The notes under the pieces are model-generated. The model was not told where the DNA came from, made no database searches, and saw nothing but the letters and a program-made list of their open reading frames with translations. Source: a bacterium (GTDB taxonomy: Bacteria > Bacteroidota > Ignavibacteria > UBA10030). From it: 64,000 bases of DNA. The position numbers and the translations under genes are program-made. This document shows, in pieces, positions 38,582 through 48,121 of this stretch (positions within the stretch are counted from its first letter, which is position 1; every line of letters starts with the position of its first letter). The stretch lies in NCBI GenBank assembly GCA_043803945.1, contig JAZDJN010000095.1, forward strand, positions 64,001 through 128,000, read 5' to 3'.

Positions 38582-40795
38582 ATGGCCTCCTATACGTTTA
38601 AGAAAATAATGCTCCCGCTTATCACCAAGGTAGGTATCGGTTTGGGAATCGGTGTTGCGGTTGTTGTGGTCACCACCCTTCTCGATGTCGGCTTCATTAA
38701 CAACGTCGATTACCTCACGATGGATTACCGGTATAATGCCCGCCATAAACGATTAAGTGAAAGCGGCGAGTTGAAGAACGTCAGAGACAACGGAGATGTG
38801 GTCATCGTTGGCATCAAACAAAAAGATGTTGAAATGATGCCGAAATCTTTTCCGTTTCCACGATCGTATTATGCTAAGGTAATTGAAAACTTATCTGAAG
38901 CGGGTGCAAAAGTTATCGCGTTTGATATTATGTTTGATGCCGTAAGAGATACGGCCGATGATGCGCGTTTTGTCGTAGAGCTGAGAAAGCACGACAATGT
39001 TATCATTGCAGTAAAAACAGAAGAGCAGGATAGAACAACCAGGTATATCGAAGAATCAACTGTACGAAAATATAACCTCGACTCAGCATTTTATAATGCC
39101 TGTAATCGGGTCGGATTTGTCGACGTCGCCGGGAAAGATAAAGACGAAGTCACAAGGCGCTATGTCCCGGAAATGTTGGTAGGGCGATTCACAACCCCGA
39201 CATTCGGGTTTGCCGTGTTAAACAAATTGTTTGGGATGCAGCCCTACGATGTGGCTTCCGTGCAGGGTGAGTTTTTCTCCTATCACAACCAACTCATTCC
39301 CCGGTATGACAACGCCTCATTTCTGTTGAATTATTATGGTCCGAACGAGACGTTTAAATATATCCCATTCAATGAAGTGATTGACGATTCAACGTTCAAG
39401 ACAAAAGAAGAGATTACCCTCGAGACAGACCTTAACCTCTTTGATATAGATTCAAGCACAATTAATAAGATCAAAGGAAAGATCGTCTTGATCGGATCTG
39501 TCATGCCGGAAGAACGTGATATTCATGCTGTTCCTTTGGTGAACGAAGACGGATCTAACACCATGAACGGTGTGGAAATCCACGCGACAGCAATCCAAAA
39601 CGTTCTCGACGGCGCCTATTTTGTTAAAGCTGCACCGGCAGTCGAGATCGTGCTGATTCTTCTCCTCTCAACGATTTCGTTTCTGGGTATTCTGAAAATC
39701 AAACAGATGAAATTCAAGTATGTTGCAGTATTGGAACTTGGAGCAGTGCTGATCGTTGCCCTTTTGATTTTTGGAATCTTTGAATTTTCACTTCTTTCGT
39801 TTACCAACGGCAACACAATTATCAACATTGTCAACCCCAGCCTGGCAATCATCCTCGCGTATCTGAGCACAGCCGTCTATCAGTACCTTACAGAACGCCA
39901 GCAGAAAGCGTTGATTAAAAACGTCTTCAGCCACTATATCAGCTCTGCGGTTGTCAACGAACTGGTTGCCAACCCCGAAAAAGCACGATTGGGCGGCGAC
40001 AAGCGTGAATTGACAGTGTTCTTCTCCGACATTGCGGGATTCACAACGATATCGGAACGCTATCTTGACAAACCGGAAGCGCTTGTCGATCTGTTGAACG
40101 AATACCTCGATGAGATGACCTCAATCATTATGAAGCACCAGGGAACGCTGGATAAGTACGAAGGTGATGCGATCATGGCATTCTGGGGTGCACCGATTCC
40201 GCAAAAGGATCATGCACTCCGCACATGCCTTGCCGCGCTGGATATGCAAAAACGTCTTGCGGCTCTTCGCCCGAAATGGATGAAAGATAAAAAGCCGTCG
40301 ATTGAGGCGCGGTTTGGTATCAACTCCGGCACCATGATTGTCGGAAACATGGGCGGTAAGGATCGCTTCGATTATACGGTCATCGGCGACAGCGTAAATC
40401 TTGCCTCACGTCTTGAAGGAGCCAATAAACAATACGGAACGAAAATCATGATCAGCGACATGACGTATCAGCATGTGAAAGATAAGGTTATGGTGCGCGA
40501 GCTCGATCTGATCCAGGTGAAAGGAAAGAACGAACCCGTTAAGGTGTTTGAGCTCATGGGAACATCCGACATGGTATTGACGGATAACCAAAAGCAGGCG
40601 CTCGAAATTTATCAGGAGGGATTGAAGCTCTACCGGCAGCGGCAATTTGAGGAAGCGATTGCCTACATGCAGCAGGCACGGCAGCTTGATGAAACATGTA
40701 CTGTTGCAGAGGTTTACGAGCAACGAGCCGGCCTCTATCAGATTCATCCTCCGCCGGACGAATGGAACGGAGTATTTGTAATGACGACGAAGTAG
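38582..40795 (+). CDS. CHASE2-domain class III adenylate cyclase
   Basis: CHASE2 motifs (VVIVGI, PFPRSYYA, GAKVIAFDIMF, KIVLIG, GVEIHA), three TMs, catalytic FSDIAGFT, DKYEGD, YTVIGDSVNLASRLE. Confidence 0.93.
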   Translation: MASYTFKKIMLPLITKVGIGLGIGVAVVVVTTLLDVGFINNVDYLTMDYRYNARHKRLSESGELKNVRDNGDVVIVGIKQKDVEMMPKSFPFPRSYYAKVIENLSEAGAKVIAFDIMFDAVRDTADDARFVVELRKHDNVIIAVKTEEQDRTTRYIEESTVRKYNLDSAFYNACNRVGFVDVAGKDKDEVTRRYVPEMLVGRFTTPTFGFAVLNKLFGMQPYDVASVQGEFFSYHNQLIPRYDNASFLLNYYGPNETFKYIPFNEVIDDSTFKTKEEITLETDLNLFDIDSSTINKIKGKIVLIGSVMPEERDIHAVPLVNEDGSNTMNGVEIHATAIQNVLDGAYFVKAAPAVEIVLILLLSTISFLGILKIKQMKFKYVAVLELGAVLIVALLIFGIFEFSLLSFTNGNTIINIVNPSLAIILAYLSTAVYQYLTERQQKALIKNVFSHYISSAVVNELVANPEKARLGGDKRELTVFFSDIAGFTTISERYLDKPEALVDLLNEYLDEMTSIIMKHQGTLDKYEGDAIMAFWGAPIPQKDHALRTCLAALDMQKRLAALRPKWMKDKKPSIEARFGINSGTMIVGNMGGKDRFDYTVIGDSVNLASRLEGANKQYGTKIMISDMTYQHVKDKVMVRELDLIQVKGKNEPVKVFELMGTSDMVLTDNQKQALEIYQEGLKLYRQRQFEEAIAYMQQARQLDETCTVAEVYEQRAGLYQIHPPPDEWNGVFVMTTK

Positions 40796-40822
40796 ATCTG
40801 TTTGAGGAAAGCGTTACTGCTG

Positions 40823-40850
40823 AGGCCGGGAAGAAGGATGCCCGGCCTTT
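40823..40850 (+). terminator. Terminator after the cyclase gene
   Basis: AGGCCGGG...CCCGGCCTTT. Confidence 0.55.
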
Positions 40851-40982
40851 GCGTTGTCGGGGTGTGCTTGTGTCGAGCATCAGAGATACCCCAAAGAATG
40901 CATCCGTCTCCATGGCTCAGTCGTGCTCCGGTACAAAGTTGTAGATCCCGCGACGTATTCAAGATATCTGTGAGTCGAGACA

Positions 40983-42002
40983 TTACTGCGGAGTTCTGGC
41001 GAACCGTTCTTCCTGAAGTACAAACCGGAGAGAAACCCTGTGAGTGTTTCCCAAACCGCCATCTCCGGTAAAGCGTGCAAAAGAGTAGTCGATATCGATC
41101 TTCCGGAGATGAATGCCTGCCCCGATCGTCATCTGTTTGACATCGCTGTATCCCACACGAAGAGCGAGAGTGTTTTTGTAATCAAACTCGAGTCCCGCTC
41201 TTGGATCGACACTGACCGGGCCAAACGATGCGGTCGAAGCATATCGGCGATTTTCAAATCGCAAGTCAAAGTCAAGAGCCGGCATCAGGCGTCCGTCGAG
41301 CAGGTTGACTCCGTACGCTGCGCCAATTTTAAGCGTTGGTGAAATCAACTCGTTCCTTCCTGTATTCCAGGCAAGAAAGGTTGTGGTTATATCCTGCACG
41401 CTTGCACCGAGGGAAAGATCCGAAAAGGGGGAATAGAGAACACCGACATCGAATCCGATTCCGGTTGCCGAATGCTCGCCATAATTCCTCCGGATCAATT
41501 TGACAGACGCTCCGATCATAAGCAATTCGGATTCCCTTTTTGCATAGGACAAATACATCGCCCAATCGGCGACATTATAAAAGGTAATTCGATCTCTGTC
41601 TAAGCGATCGACTTCATCAAAGACACCATTCCCGTTGTTATCGATAAGGGCATTGCGAGTATCGGGAATGCCATCGACGCCGAGGCGCAGCACGCTCAAT
41701 CCAAAGCTCGCGTCATTGCCGACGGGAAACGCGGCAGCGGCATAGTCGTAGTTAATGAGATTGCCAAACCGTTCGTCGTGCATCAGCATAAACTCGGGGT
41801 AGTGAAGGCGGGCAAGGGCGGCCGGATTCCAGTATCCAGCCGTTACATCGCTGGCAAGCGCAACGTGGGCGCCGCCGAGGCCAAGCGCCCGGCCGCCGAC
41901 ACCGATTGCCATGAACTCGCCGGCATAGGTACCGATCGTTTGTGCATGCACGGAGCATATCGAAAGGATCAGAACAACGAAAGCCCCCTGTAACGTTTTC
42001 AT
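40983..42002 (-). CDS. PorV/PorQ-family (T9SS) outer-membrane protein
   Basis: FMAIGVGGRALGLGGA, YWNPAAL, GIGFDVG, LRVGY, THRVSL; SD GAGGAGG before ATG 42002. Confidence 0.85.
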   Translation of the reverse strand: MKTLQGAFVVLILSICSVHAQTIGTYAGEFMAIGVGGRALGLGGAHVALASDVTAGYWNPAALARLHYPEFMLMHDERFGNLINYDYAAAAFPVGNDASFGLSVLRLGVDGIPDTRNALIDNNGNGVFDEVDRLDRDRITFYNVADWAMYLSYAKRESELLMIGASVKLIRRNYGEHSATGIGFDVGVLYSPFSDLSLGASVQDITTTFLAWNTGRNELISPTLKIGAAYGVNLLDGRLMPALDFDLRFENRRYASTASFGPVSVDPRAGLEFDYKNTLALRVGYSDVKQMTIGAGIHLRKIDIDYSFARFTGDGGLGNTHRVSLRFVLQEERFARTPQ

Positions 42003-42140
42003 AGATTCCTCCTCATACGAAAAAACCGAACCCACGCCCTACTGGTGAATTCGGTCTGTGGACAAGGCTAGAGTAAGATGGTAGAATGAAACAACAGAAC
42101 GCCCTAACAATTGTCCGATACACTACCCCTTTCTACAGTA

Positions 42141-42169
42141 AAAGTAATGGAAAGAGCCCACATTGTCAA
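42141..42169 (-). promoter_or_regulatory. Sigma70 promoter for the PorV-family gene
   Basis: Minus strand TTGACA-17 bp-TACTTT. Confidence 0.6.
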
Positions 42170-42214
42170 GAAAAGGAGGGACAACCGTTCGACTATAGTC
42201 TGTTTCAAATACTT

Positions 42215-42245
42215 ATGTTGGTCGGGCAGACTGCCCGACCAACAT
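42215..42245. repeat. Perfect 31-bp palindrome (REP-like)
   Basis: ATGTTGGTCGGGCAG-A-CTGCCCGACCAACAT. Confidence 0.9.
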
Positions 42246-42360
42246 CTTAAATCATTCTATTCTCACCGCAGGCAAATTCGCCGTCCTAATATGTCTATTT
42301 CGGGTCATTGCGGTCGGCACCCGGGAAACAGCAACGCGGTGTGTAACGGATCTCTGCTCA

Positions 42361-42389
42361 TTGACTTCTGTGATAATCTATTTTACCTT
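42361..42389 (+). promoter_or_regulatory. Putative sigma70 promoter for the LamG gene
   Basis: TTGACT-17 bp-TACCTT. Confidence 0.5.
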
Positions 42390-42467
42390 TCGTACAGATA
42401 AAGTCTGTCTATAAGAAACGGACACAGTATTCTCAAGCACGTTGAGGGACATACGAAGGAGGCTTCT

Positions 42468-43193
42468 ATGCTAAAACCATTAACCGTTGTATTGCTTCTC
42501 ATTCTTCCCCTCTGCCTTATTGCCCAGGAGAAAGCCGCAGAGAACAATCTGCCAACCAAAGGGCTGGTGGCATATTACCCGTTCAACGGAAACACTAAAG
42601 ATGAAAGCGGTAACGGATTCCATCTCACCGCGGATGGCTGCGAGTTGGTTCAAGATCGCTTCACGTTTGGCAACAAGGCCTATTCCTTTGACGGCAGTGT
42701 GAGCAGAATGATGGCCGATATCAAGGGAAAGTTTCCCGTACAACAATTGACACTGAGCGCCTGGATTTATTATCGGGGCGGAGGAGCGGAAAATCCCCGC
42801 ATTATTGCCGTCAGCGAAGGCAAGACTAATATACACACCTACTCGTTGATCGTGAATCGCGATGACGGGCGCCTCTGGTTCTACACCGGCACTACCGGAA
42901 ATGATCTCCATGGCAATAAAAGGATTATTGAAAAAGTATGGCACCATGTCGCGGTTACCTATGATGGCCGCGAGGTTCGGATTTACCAGGACGGTATTCT
43001 CGATCAACGCACCTATGTCTATTTCAAACTCGAACCGTTACGGGACGGCTATTTAATGATCAGCCACAGCGACAAGGAAGGATTGCTGAACGATCTCTTC
43101 CCCGGTATCATCGACGATATCCGTATTTACAACCAGGCGCTGGATGAAACCGAGGTGCATCAGCTTTATCATGAAGGAGCGTGGAAGCAGTAG
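42468..43193 (+). CDS. Exported LamG / concanavalin-like domain protein
   Basis: GLVAYYPFNGN..DESGNG, AYSFDG, WHHVAVTYDG, GIIDDIRIYN. Confidence 0.88.
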   Translation: MLKPLTVVLLLILPLCLIAQEKAAENNLPTKGLVAYYPFNGNTKDESGNGFHLTADGCELVQDRFTFGNKAYSFDGSVSRMMADIKGKFPVQQLTLSAWIYYRGGGAENPRIIAVSEGKTNIHTYSLIVNRDDGRLWFYTGTTGNDLHGNKRIIEKVWHHVAVTYDGREVRIYQDGILDQRTYVYFKLEPLRDGYLMISHSDKEGLLNDLFPGIIDDIRIYNQALDETEVHQLYHEGAWKQ

Positions 43194-43237
43194 AAGAGAA
43201 CGAGCGGTTGCCCAAAGGATCCGGAGAGTGATCGATA

Positions 43238-44467
43238 CTATCCGGATCTTCTGGCGGGCATCAGAGTAAACAATGCAATTTCCGGTTTGACTAACCGTAT
43301 CGGTACGCCAACCATTCCCACCCCTACGTTGACGTAGAGTTGTTTTCCCTCCTCAATATACAATCCCATAGCATACTTGTAGACAAGGTCTACAGGATTG
43401 AGCCTGAACGATCCAATCCCGACGCCAACCTGTCCGCCATGAGTATGACCCGAAAGAGTTAATGATATGCCCGCTTGTTTCGCTTGTGGAAAAAAATCCG
43501 GGCGATGGGAGAGGAGAATTTTGAAGGAGTTGCGTTCTATGGATTCTGTTGCATAATCCAACCGGGCAAAATTGCGATACCCGCGGCCGTAGTCGTCAAC
43601 ACCGAGAATTGTAAGCGGATCACCGTTGATGGTGATCGTCCGATGTGCGTTGTTCAACACGATGATACCGCGGCCCTCGAGAGCTTCCGTTACCTTGAGT
43701 GCCGTAGCGAAGTGATCATGGTTCCCCAGGCAGGCAAAACAACCGAACTCAGATCGTAACAGCCCTATCGTCTTATCGATGGAAGGAATTTCCAAATCAG
43801 AAGCATCGATATAATCTCCAGTGAGTGCAATAAGGTCGGGATGGAGTGAATTGGCAATTTCGAAAATATCCCTAAGATCATTCTCGGTCATAAACACACC
43901 GGAGTGGATGTCGCTGAGTTGAGCGATGGTCAACCCCTCTAATCCGGCGGGCAAACCATCCAGGAACAAGGATATCCGGTGAATCTGGTAATCGCGCGCC
44001 GTTGCCACGGAAGCAATAACGGGTAATCCAATCGCTGCAGCGGCAACACCAAATCCGCCAGCCTTCAACAATGTTCGTCGTTTGGGATCATAATCCAGAG
44101 GTAGCCCTGTGCTGCGATGCCGAATTTTTGCGAGCAGATTAAACGACCATCGAACAAGATCGACAAGAATAAGAATGATACCTGCCGTTATTGTGCCTGC
44201 GAACACCATTGACGATGGGGTAACGATAAAAACTTGTACGAGGGGATGTTGATACCAATTGCTTGTTCGCACATAGAATTGAAGGATGAAGAGAAAATTT
44301 CCGGCAAGGAGAAACCATCCGAACAAACGCTGTGCTAAAACCGATTGGGCAGAAGAGAAAACACGAAGGGACCATGACCGCCACCGCGAGAAAATGTACC
44401 ATTGCAGCAATCCTACCAAGAATAAAAAACCGATGATAAAGGGAAGGAAGGGAAGGATACGGGGCAT
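43238..44467 (-). CDS. Membrane-anchored metallophosphoesterase (YkuE-like)
   Basis: SDIH, TGD, GNHD, LLSH, SGHTHGGQ; N-terminal TMs. Confidence 0.92.
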   Translation of the reverse strand: MPRILPFLPFIIGFLFLVGLLQWYIFSRWRSWSLRVFSSAQSVLAQRLFGWFLLAGNFLFILQFYVRTSNWYQHPLVQVFIVTPSSMVFAGTITAGIILILVDLVRWSFNLLAKIRHRSTGLPLDYDPKRRTLLKAGGFGVAAAAIGLPVIASVATARDYQIHRISLFLDGLPAGLEGLTIAQLSDIHSGVFMTENDLRDIFEIANSLHPDLIALTGDYIDASDLEIPSIDKTIGLLRSEFGCFACLGNHDHFATALKVTEALEGRGIIVLNNAHRTITINGDPLTILGVDDYGRGYRNFARLDYATESIERNSFKILLSHRPDFFPQAKQAGISLTLSGHTHGGQVGVGIGSFRLNPVDLVYKYAMGLYIEEGKQLYVNVGVGMVGVPIRLVKPEIALFTLMPARRSG

Positions 44468-44488
44468 ACCGGTTCAATCGGGAGAAAG

Positions 44489-45706
44489 TTAATGCTCTTT
44501 ACGGTTGGTATAGAAATTCATCAATAGTCCAACCATTGTCATATTGGCGAGCAAGGCAGAGCCTCCGTAGCTCAGAAAGGGAAGCGGTATTCCAACTACC
44601 GGGAGCATTCCCATTGACATGCCGATGTTGACAGCCATGTGTGTACCGAAGATGCCGACAATGCCGATGGCGGAGGCGCTGGCAAATTTATTTTTTGATG
44701 TATTGGCTATAGAAAGGCCATGAAGCAGGAGGGCAGTGAAGAGGATGATCACCGATGACGATCCGACGAATCCAAATTCCTCCCCCGGCACACAGAAAAT
44801 AAAATCGGTCCATTGTTCCGGAATAAATTTGTACTGCGTTTGTGAACCGCGCATATACCCCTTGCCGAATATCCCGCCTGAGCCGATGGCAACCCGTGAT
44901 TGTTGAACGTTGTATCCGGCGCCGCGGGGATCCAATTGCGGATTGAGAAACGTTTTAATCCGGTTCTGCTGATAGTATGGGAGCCGCTCGTATACAGCTT
45001 GTGTTGAAAGGCCTACCGCAAGAGTCAGGCCGAACGCGACAGCAGCAGCAAAATTATTCTGACGCGTGAAGTACAACAACAAGCCGACAGCGGCAATAGA
45101 GACAAGAAAATAAATTGTTCCGGCGAGGGCTCCTGCAGCAACAAGAACAGGAGAGATGATTGCAGCCAAAACGAAGTGTGAGGAGCCGGCCCAGAACAGC
45201 ACGGGCAGCATCATCGCAAAAAACACAATGGCAGTTCCCAAATCGGGTTGTGCCAGAACAAGAGCCATCGGCAACAATACAATCCCAACGGCAACCAGTA
45301 AATGCCTCGGTTTTTTTAACGATGTGGTTGTCCGTGCAAGGTAGGCTCCAAGCATGAGCACCGTTGCCACCTTGGCGAATTCCGAAGGCTGACCACCAAG
45401 GCCCCCAAAGCCGAACCAGCTCTTCGAACCGGAAATAGTTTTCCCGATCACTAAAATCACAATGAGAACAAACAGCATCGAGACGTAAAATGGAATTGCG
45501 GCCCGCTGTAATGTTTTTTGTGGGATAAAAGCAGCAAAGAAAAGAACGAAAAGCCCGATCCCGGCCCAGATCGATTGTTTAAAAAATGGCGCCGCTTCAA
45601 GAACATCGTATGTTGCACTGTAGACAGATACGAGACCCACGAGCACCAACGCGAGGCAGATGAACAGCAATTTGAAATCAAAATATTCTTTGAGATAAGC
45701 AATCAT
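44489..45706 (-). CDS. rodA: Rod shape-determining protein RodA
   Basis: QPSEFAK, QPDLGT, IGSGG, PEQWTDFIF, GIPLPFLSYGGS; follows mrdA. Confidence 0.95.
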   Translation of the reverse strand: MIAYLKEYFDFKLLFICLALVLVGLVSVYSATYDVLEAAPFFKQSIWAGIGLFVLFFAAFIPQKTLQRAAIPFYVSMLFVLIVILVIGKTISGSKSWFGFGGLGGQPSEFAKVATVLMLGAYLARTTTSLKKPRHLLVAVGIVLLPMALVLAQPDLGTAIVFFAMMLPVLFWAGSSHFVLAAIISPVLVAAGALAGTIYFLVSIAAVGLLLYFTRQNNFAAAVAFGLTLAVGLSTQAVYERLPYYQQNRIKTFLNPQLDPRGAGYNVQQSRVAIGSGGIFGKGYMRGSQTQYKFIPEQWTDFIFCVPGEEFGFVGSSSVIILFTALLLHGLSIANTSKNKFASASAIGIVGIFGTHMAVNIGMSMGMLPVVGIPLPFLSYGGSALLANMTMVGLLMNFYTNRKEH

Positions 45707-47559
45707 TCGGATTTTTGTTTTTCTCGCTGGGGCAGTAGTTCCGCCTGCGTGACGGCCTTTGGTTTTTTCTGAAGTTGTGGGGCGGCAGGAAGGATGTTCA
45801 GATTCGTGAGGTATCGCTGAATAACCATCTTGGCGAGCGGAGCTGCTTTTGCACCGCCAAAGCCCGAGTTCTCGAGAAGGATTACCACAGCAATTTTTGG
45901 ATTCTCAAATGGTGCGAATCCGATATACCACGCATGATCGTTCCCATGAGGATTTTCTGCTGTTCCAGTTTTTCCAGCAGAGATAACTCCGGGGACGGCG
46001 GCAAGATGAGCCGTTGCACCCGGCCCATGCACAACACGCCGCATTCCTTCCCGAATAATTCCCATAACGCGGGGCGAGAGCCCAACATTGGATGTTCGAT
46101 AGAGAACGGGCTCCATCGTCCTTTTTGTTTTATTGAAGACAAAGTTCACAGCGTGAGGCTGGTACAGCATTCCGCCGTTGGCAAGCGCTGCGGCGTATTG
46201 TGCCATCTGGAGCGGAGAAACGCCAACCTCGCCCTGTCCGATTGCCAAACTGATAATGTATCCCTGTGTCCATCGACCCTTTCCATATCTCGTATCGTAA
46301 TACGACGCGGATGGTAAGAGTCCTGCCGTTTCTTCGCCGGTATCGGTTCCGGTTGGTTTTCCAAATCCAAAACGCCGTCCATACTCTGTCCATTTATTAA
46401 AACCAACCTTCAACACTAATTGGTAGAAGAAAACATTGCACGATCGCTCAATCGCCTCGTACATATTTGTTGAGCCATGGACATGAAGATCCTTGAAGGT
46501 ATTATTTCCGTACCGGAACGAACCACCGCACTGAATTCGGTAGTTCTCGTCGATAATGCCTTCTTCCAGCGCTGCAGCCGCAAGCACCATTTTAAATGTC
46601 GAACCTGGGGGATACCGTGTGAGCGCCGCCCTGTTGAACAGGGGTTTGTCGGGATCAGAATTTAATCCAGCCCAAACCTCGGCGGGAATAACACCGCTCA
46701 TAAGGGAAGGGTCAAAATCAGGCTTGCCCACCATGGTGATAATGCCGCCGTTGGAAGGATCAATTGCTACGATGGCACCCATGTACTTATTGGCGACCAT
46801 TAATGATTCGGCGAATGACTGCACGTCAACATCCAGCGCGAGGTAAAGGTCATTTCCCTCCCGAGCATCGACCTTCTGCTTCAGATCAAATGTCCCGAGC
46901 ACCTGTCCTTTTGCATTGACGGCAACGTACTCGAATCCCTTTTCGCCGCGCAAATGAAACTCGTACTGAGCTTCTAACCCCGATGTTCCAATAATATCCC
47001 CGAGGGCATAGTAATCACTAACGAGGGCTAATTGCGATTCTGAAATTTCCCTGCTGTACCCGAGAAGGTGTGCAGCGCGGACGGGAAGAGGGTACACCCG
47101 CTTCGATTCAACCTGATAGGAAACACCGTTCAGCAGTGGAAGATTTTCTTCAAGCGCCGATAATGTTTTGATGTCGACATCGCGCTTAATGCGGGAACCT
47201 AAATAGGGCGAGAATTTTTTTGCCCGCGTTATCCGCTCTTCAAGCACTCTTGGTTCAAGCTGCAGAATCGTTGACAACCGGTTGAAGTTCTGGCTGCTAA
47301 ATTCTGCCGGCACGATCATTACGGAATATGAGGGGCCAACATCGACAAAGAGCTTTCCGGCGCGGTCGTAAATATGGCCGCGGATAGGCTCCTTGACAAT
47401 TACACGAACACTGTTTTCTTCGGACTCCTTGGTAAACTGGCCGTGATAAATCCATTGCAGGCGGAATAATTGCAGCATCAGGACCGCGAAGATCAGCCAC
47501 GCCCCGGTGTTCAGAGCTCTTCGCCGGTCCGGCAAACCGAATTCATCATCGAAGGTCAT
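45703..47559 (-). CDS. mrdA: Penicillin-binding protein 2
   Basis: YPPGSTFK (SxxK), SCN, KTGTAE. Confidence 0.96.
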   Translation of the reverse strand: MTFDDEFGLPDRRRALNTGAWLIFAVLMLQLFRLQWIYHGQFTKESEENSVRVIVKEPIRGHIYDRAGKLFVDVGPSYSVMIVPAEFSSQNFNRLSTILQLEPRVLEERITRAKKFSPYLGSRIKRDVDIKTLSALEENLPLLNGVSYQVESKRVYPLPVRAAHLLGYSREISESQLALVSDYYALGDIIGTSGLEAQYEFHLRGEKGFEYVAVNAKGQVLGTFDLKQKVDAREGNDLYLALDVDVQSFAESLMVANKYMGAIVAIDPSNGGIITMVGKPDFDPSLMSGVIPAEVWAGLNSDPDKPLFNRAALTRYPPGSTFKMVLAAAALEEGIIDENYRIQCGGSFRYGNNTFKDLHVHGSTNMYEAIERSCNVFFYQLVLKVGFNKWTEYGRRFGFGKPTGTDTGEETAGLLPSASYYDTRYGKGRWTQGYIISLAIGQGEVGVSPLQMAQYAAALANGGMLYQPHAVNFVFNKTKRTMEPVLYRTSNVGLSPRVMGIIREGMRRVVHGPGATAHLAAVPGVISAGKTGTAENPHGNDHAWYIGFAPFENPKIAVVILLENSGFGGAKAAPLAKMVIQRYLTNLNILPAAPQLQKKPKAVTQAELLPQREKQKSE

Positions 47560-48053
47560 TGTGATCCAACCGCCAAAGATTTTCGTGCAAAGGTAAAGAC
47601 CGGAAGAATGCTCACCGTTGCCGTGTACAGGGCGGTACCAACGCTGAGAATAATTAACGATTGCAGAAATGATTCTGCGGTACCTTGCAGAAAAATACTC
47701 AAATAGAGGAGATTGTGAAGAAGCGAAACCATGCCGGTCAGTGCAACAAAGCGGTAAGTACTCAACGTTTGTTCCATTTTGTTTTCATTGAAGAAGTACC
47801 CGGCAATAAACCCGGAAACCGTTTTGCTCAATGCGGCAAGCCCGAAGAAATGTGTAACTAGAATATCTTGCAGCAAACCGACAAAGAAGCCGGCAACGGT
47901 TGCTTCAATTTGTCCTCGCTTCAAGGCAAGGTACATTAGCCAGATCAACAGCAAATCGGGCAGGATCCCGGCAATCGAGATATACGGGATAAACGTTGTC
48001 TGCAGTACCAGCAGGCAGAAGACAATAAAGATTGAGCGTAAATAGTGTTCCAT
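47556..48053 (-). CDS. mreD: Rod shape-determining protein MreD
   Basis: PDLLLI, GFFVGLLQD, multiple TMs; overlaps the mrdA start. Confidence 0.9.
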   Translation of the reverse strand: MEHYLRSIFIVFCLLVLQTTFIPYISIAGILPDLLLIWLMYLALKRGQIEATVAGFFVGLLQDILVTHFFGLAALSKTVSGFIAGYFFNENKMEQTLSTYRFVALTGMVSLLHNLLYLSIFLQGTAESFLQSLIILSVGTALYTATVSILPVFTFARKSLAVGSQ

Positions 48054-48076
48054 TCAAGACGTTTATTGTTGCGAAA

Positions 48077-48105
48077 AAAGTAGGGAGAAATGATTCGATA
48101 TGCAA
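48077..48105 (-). promoter_or_regulatory. Putative internal promoter for mreD-mrdA-rodA
   Basis: Minus strand TTGCAT-17 bp-TACTTT in the thrC-mreD gap. Confidence 0.55.
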
Positions 48106-48121
48106 GAATCGGTGTGATGCG

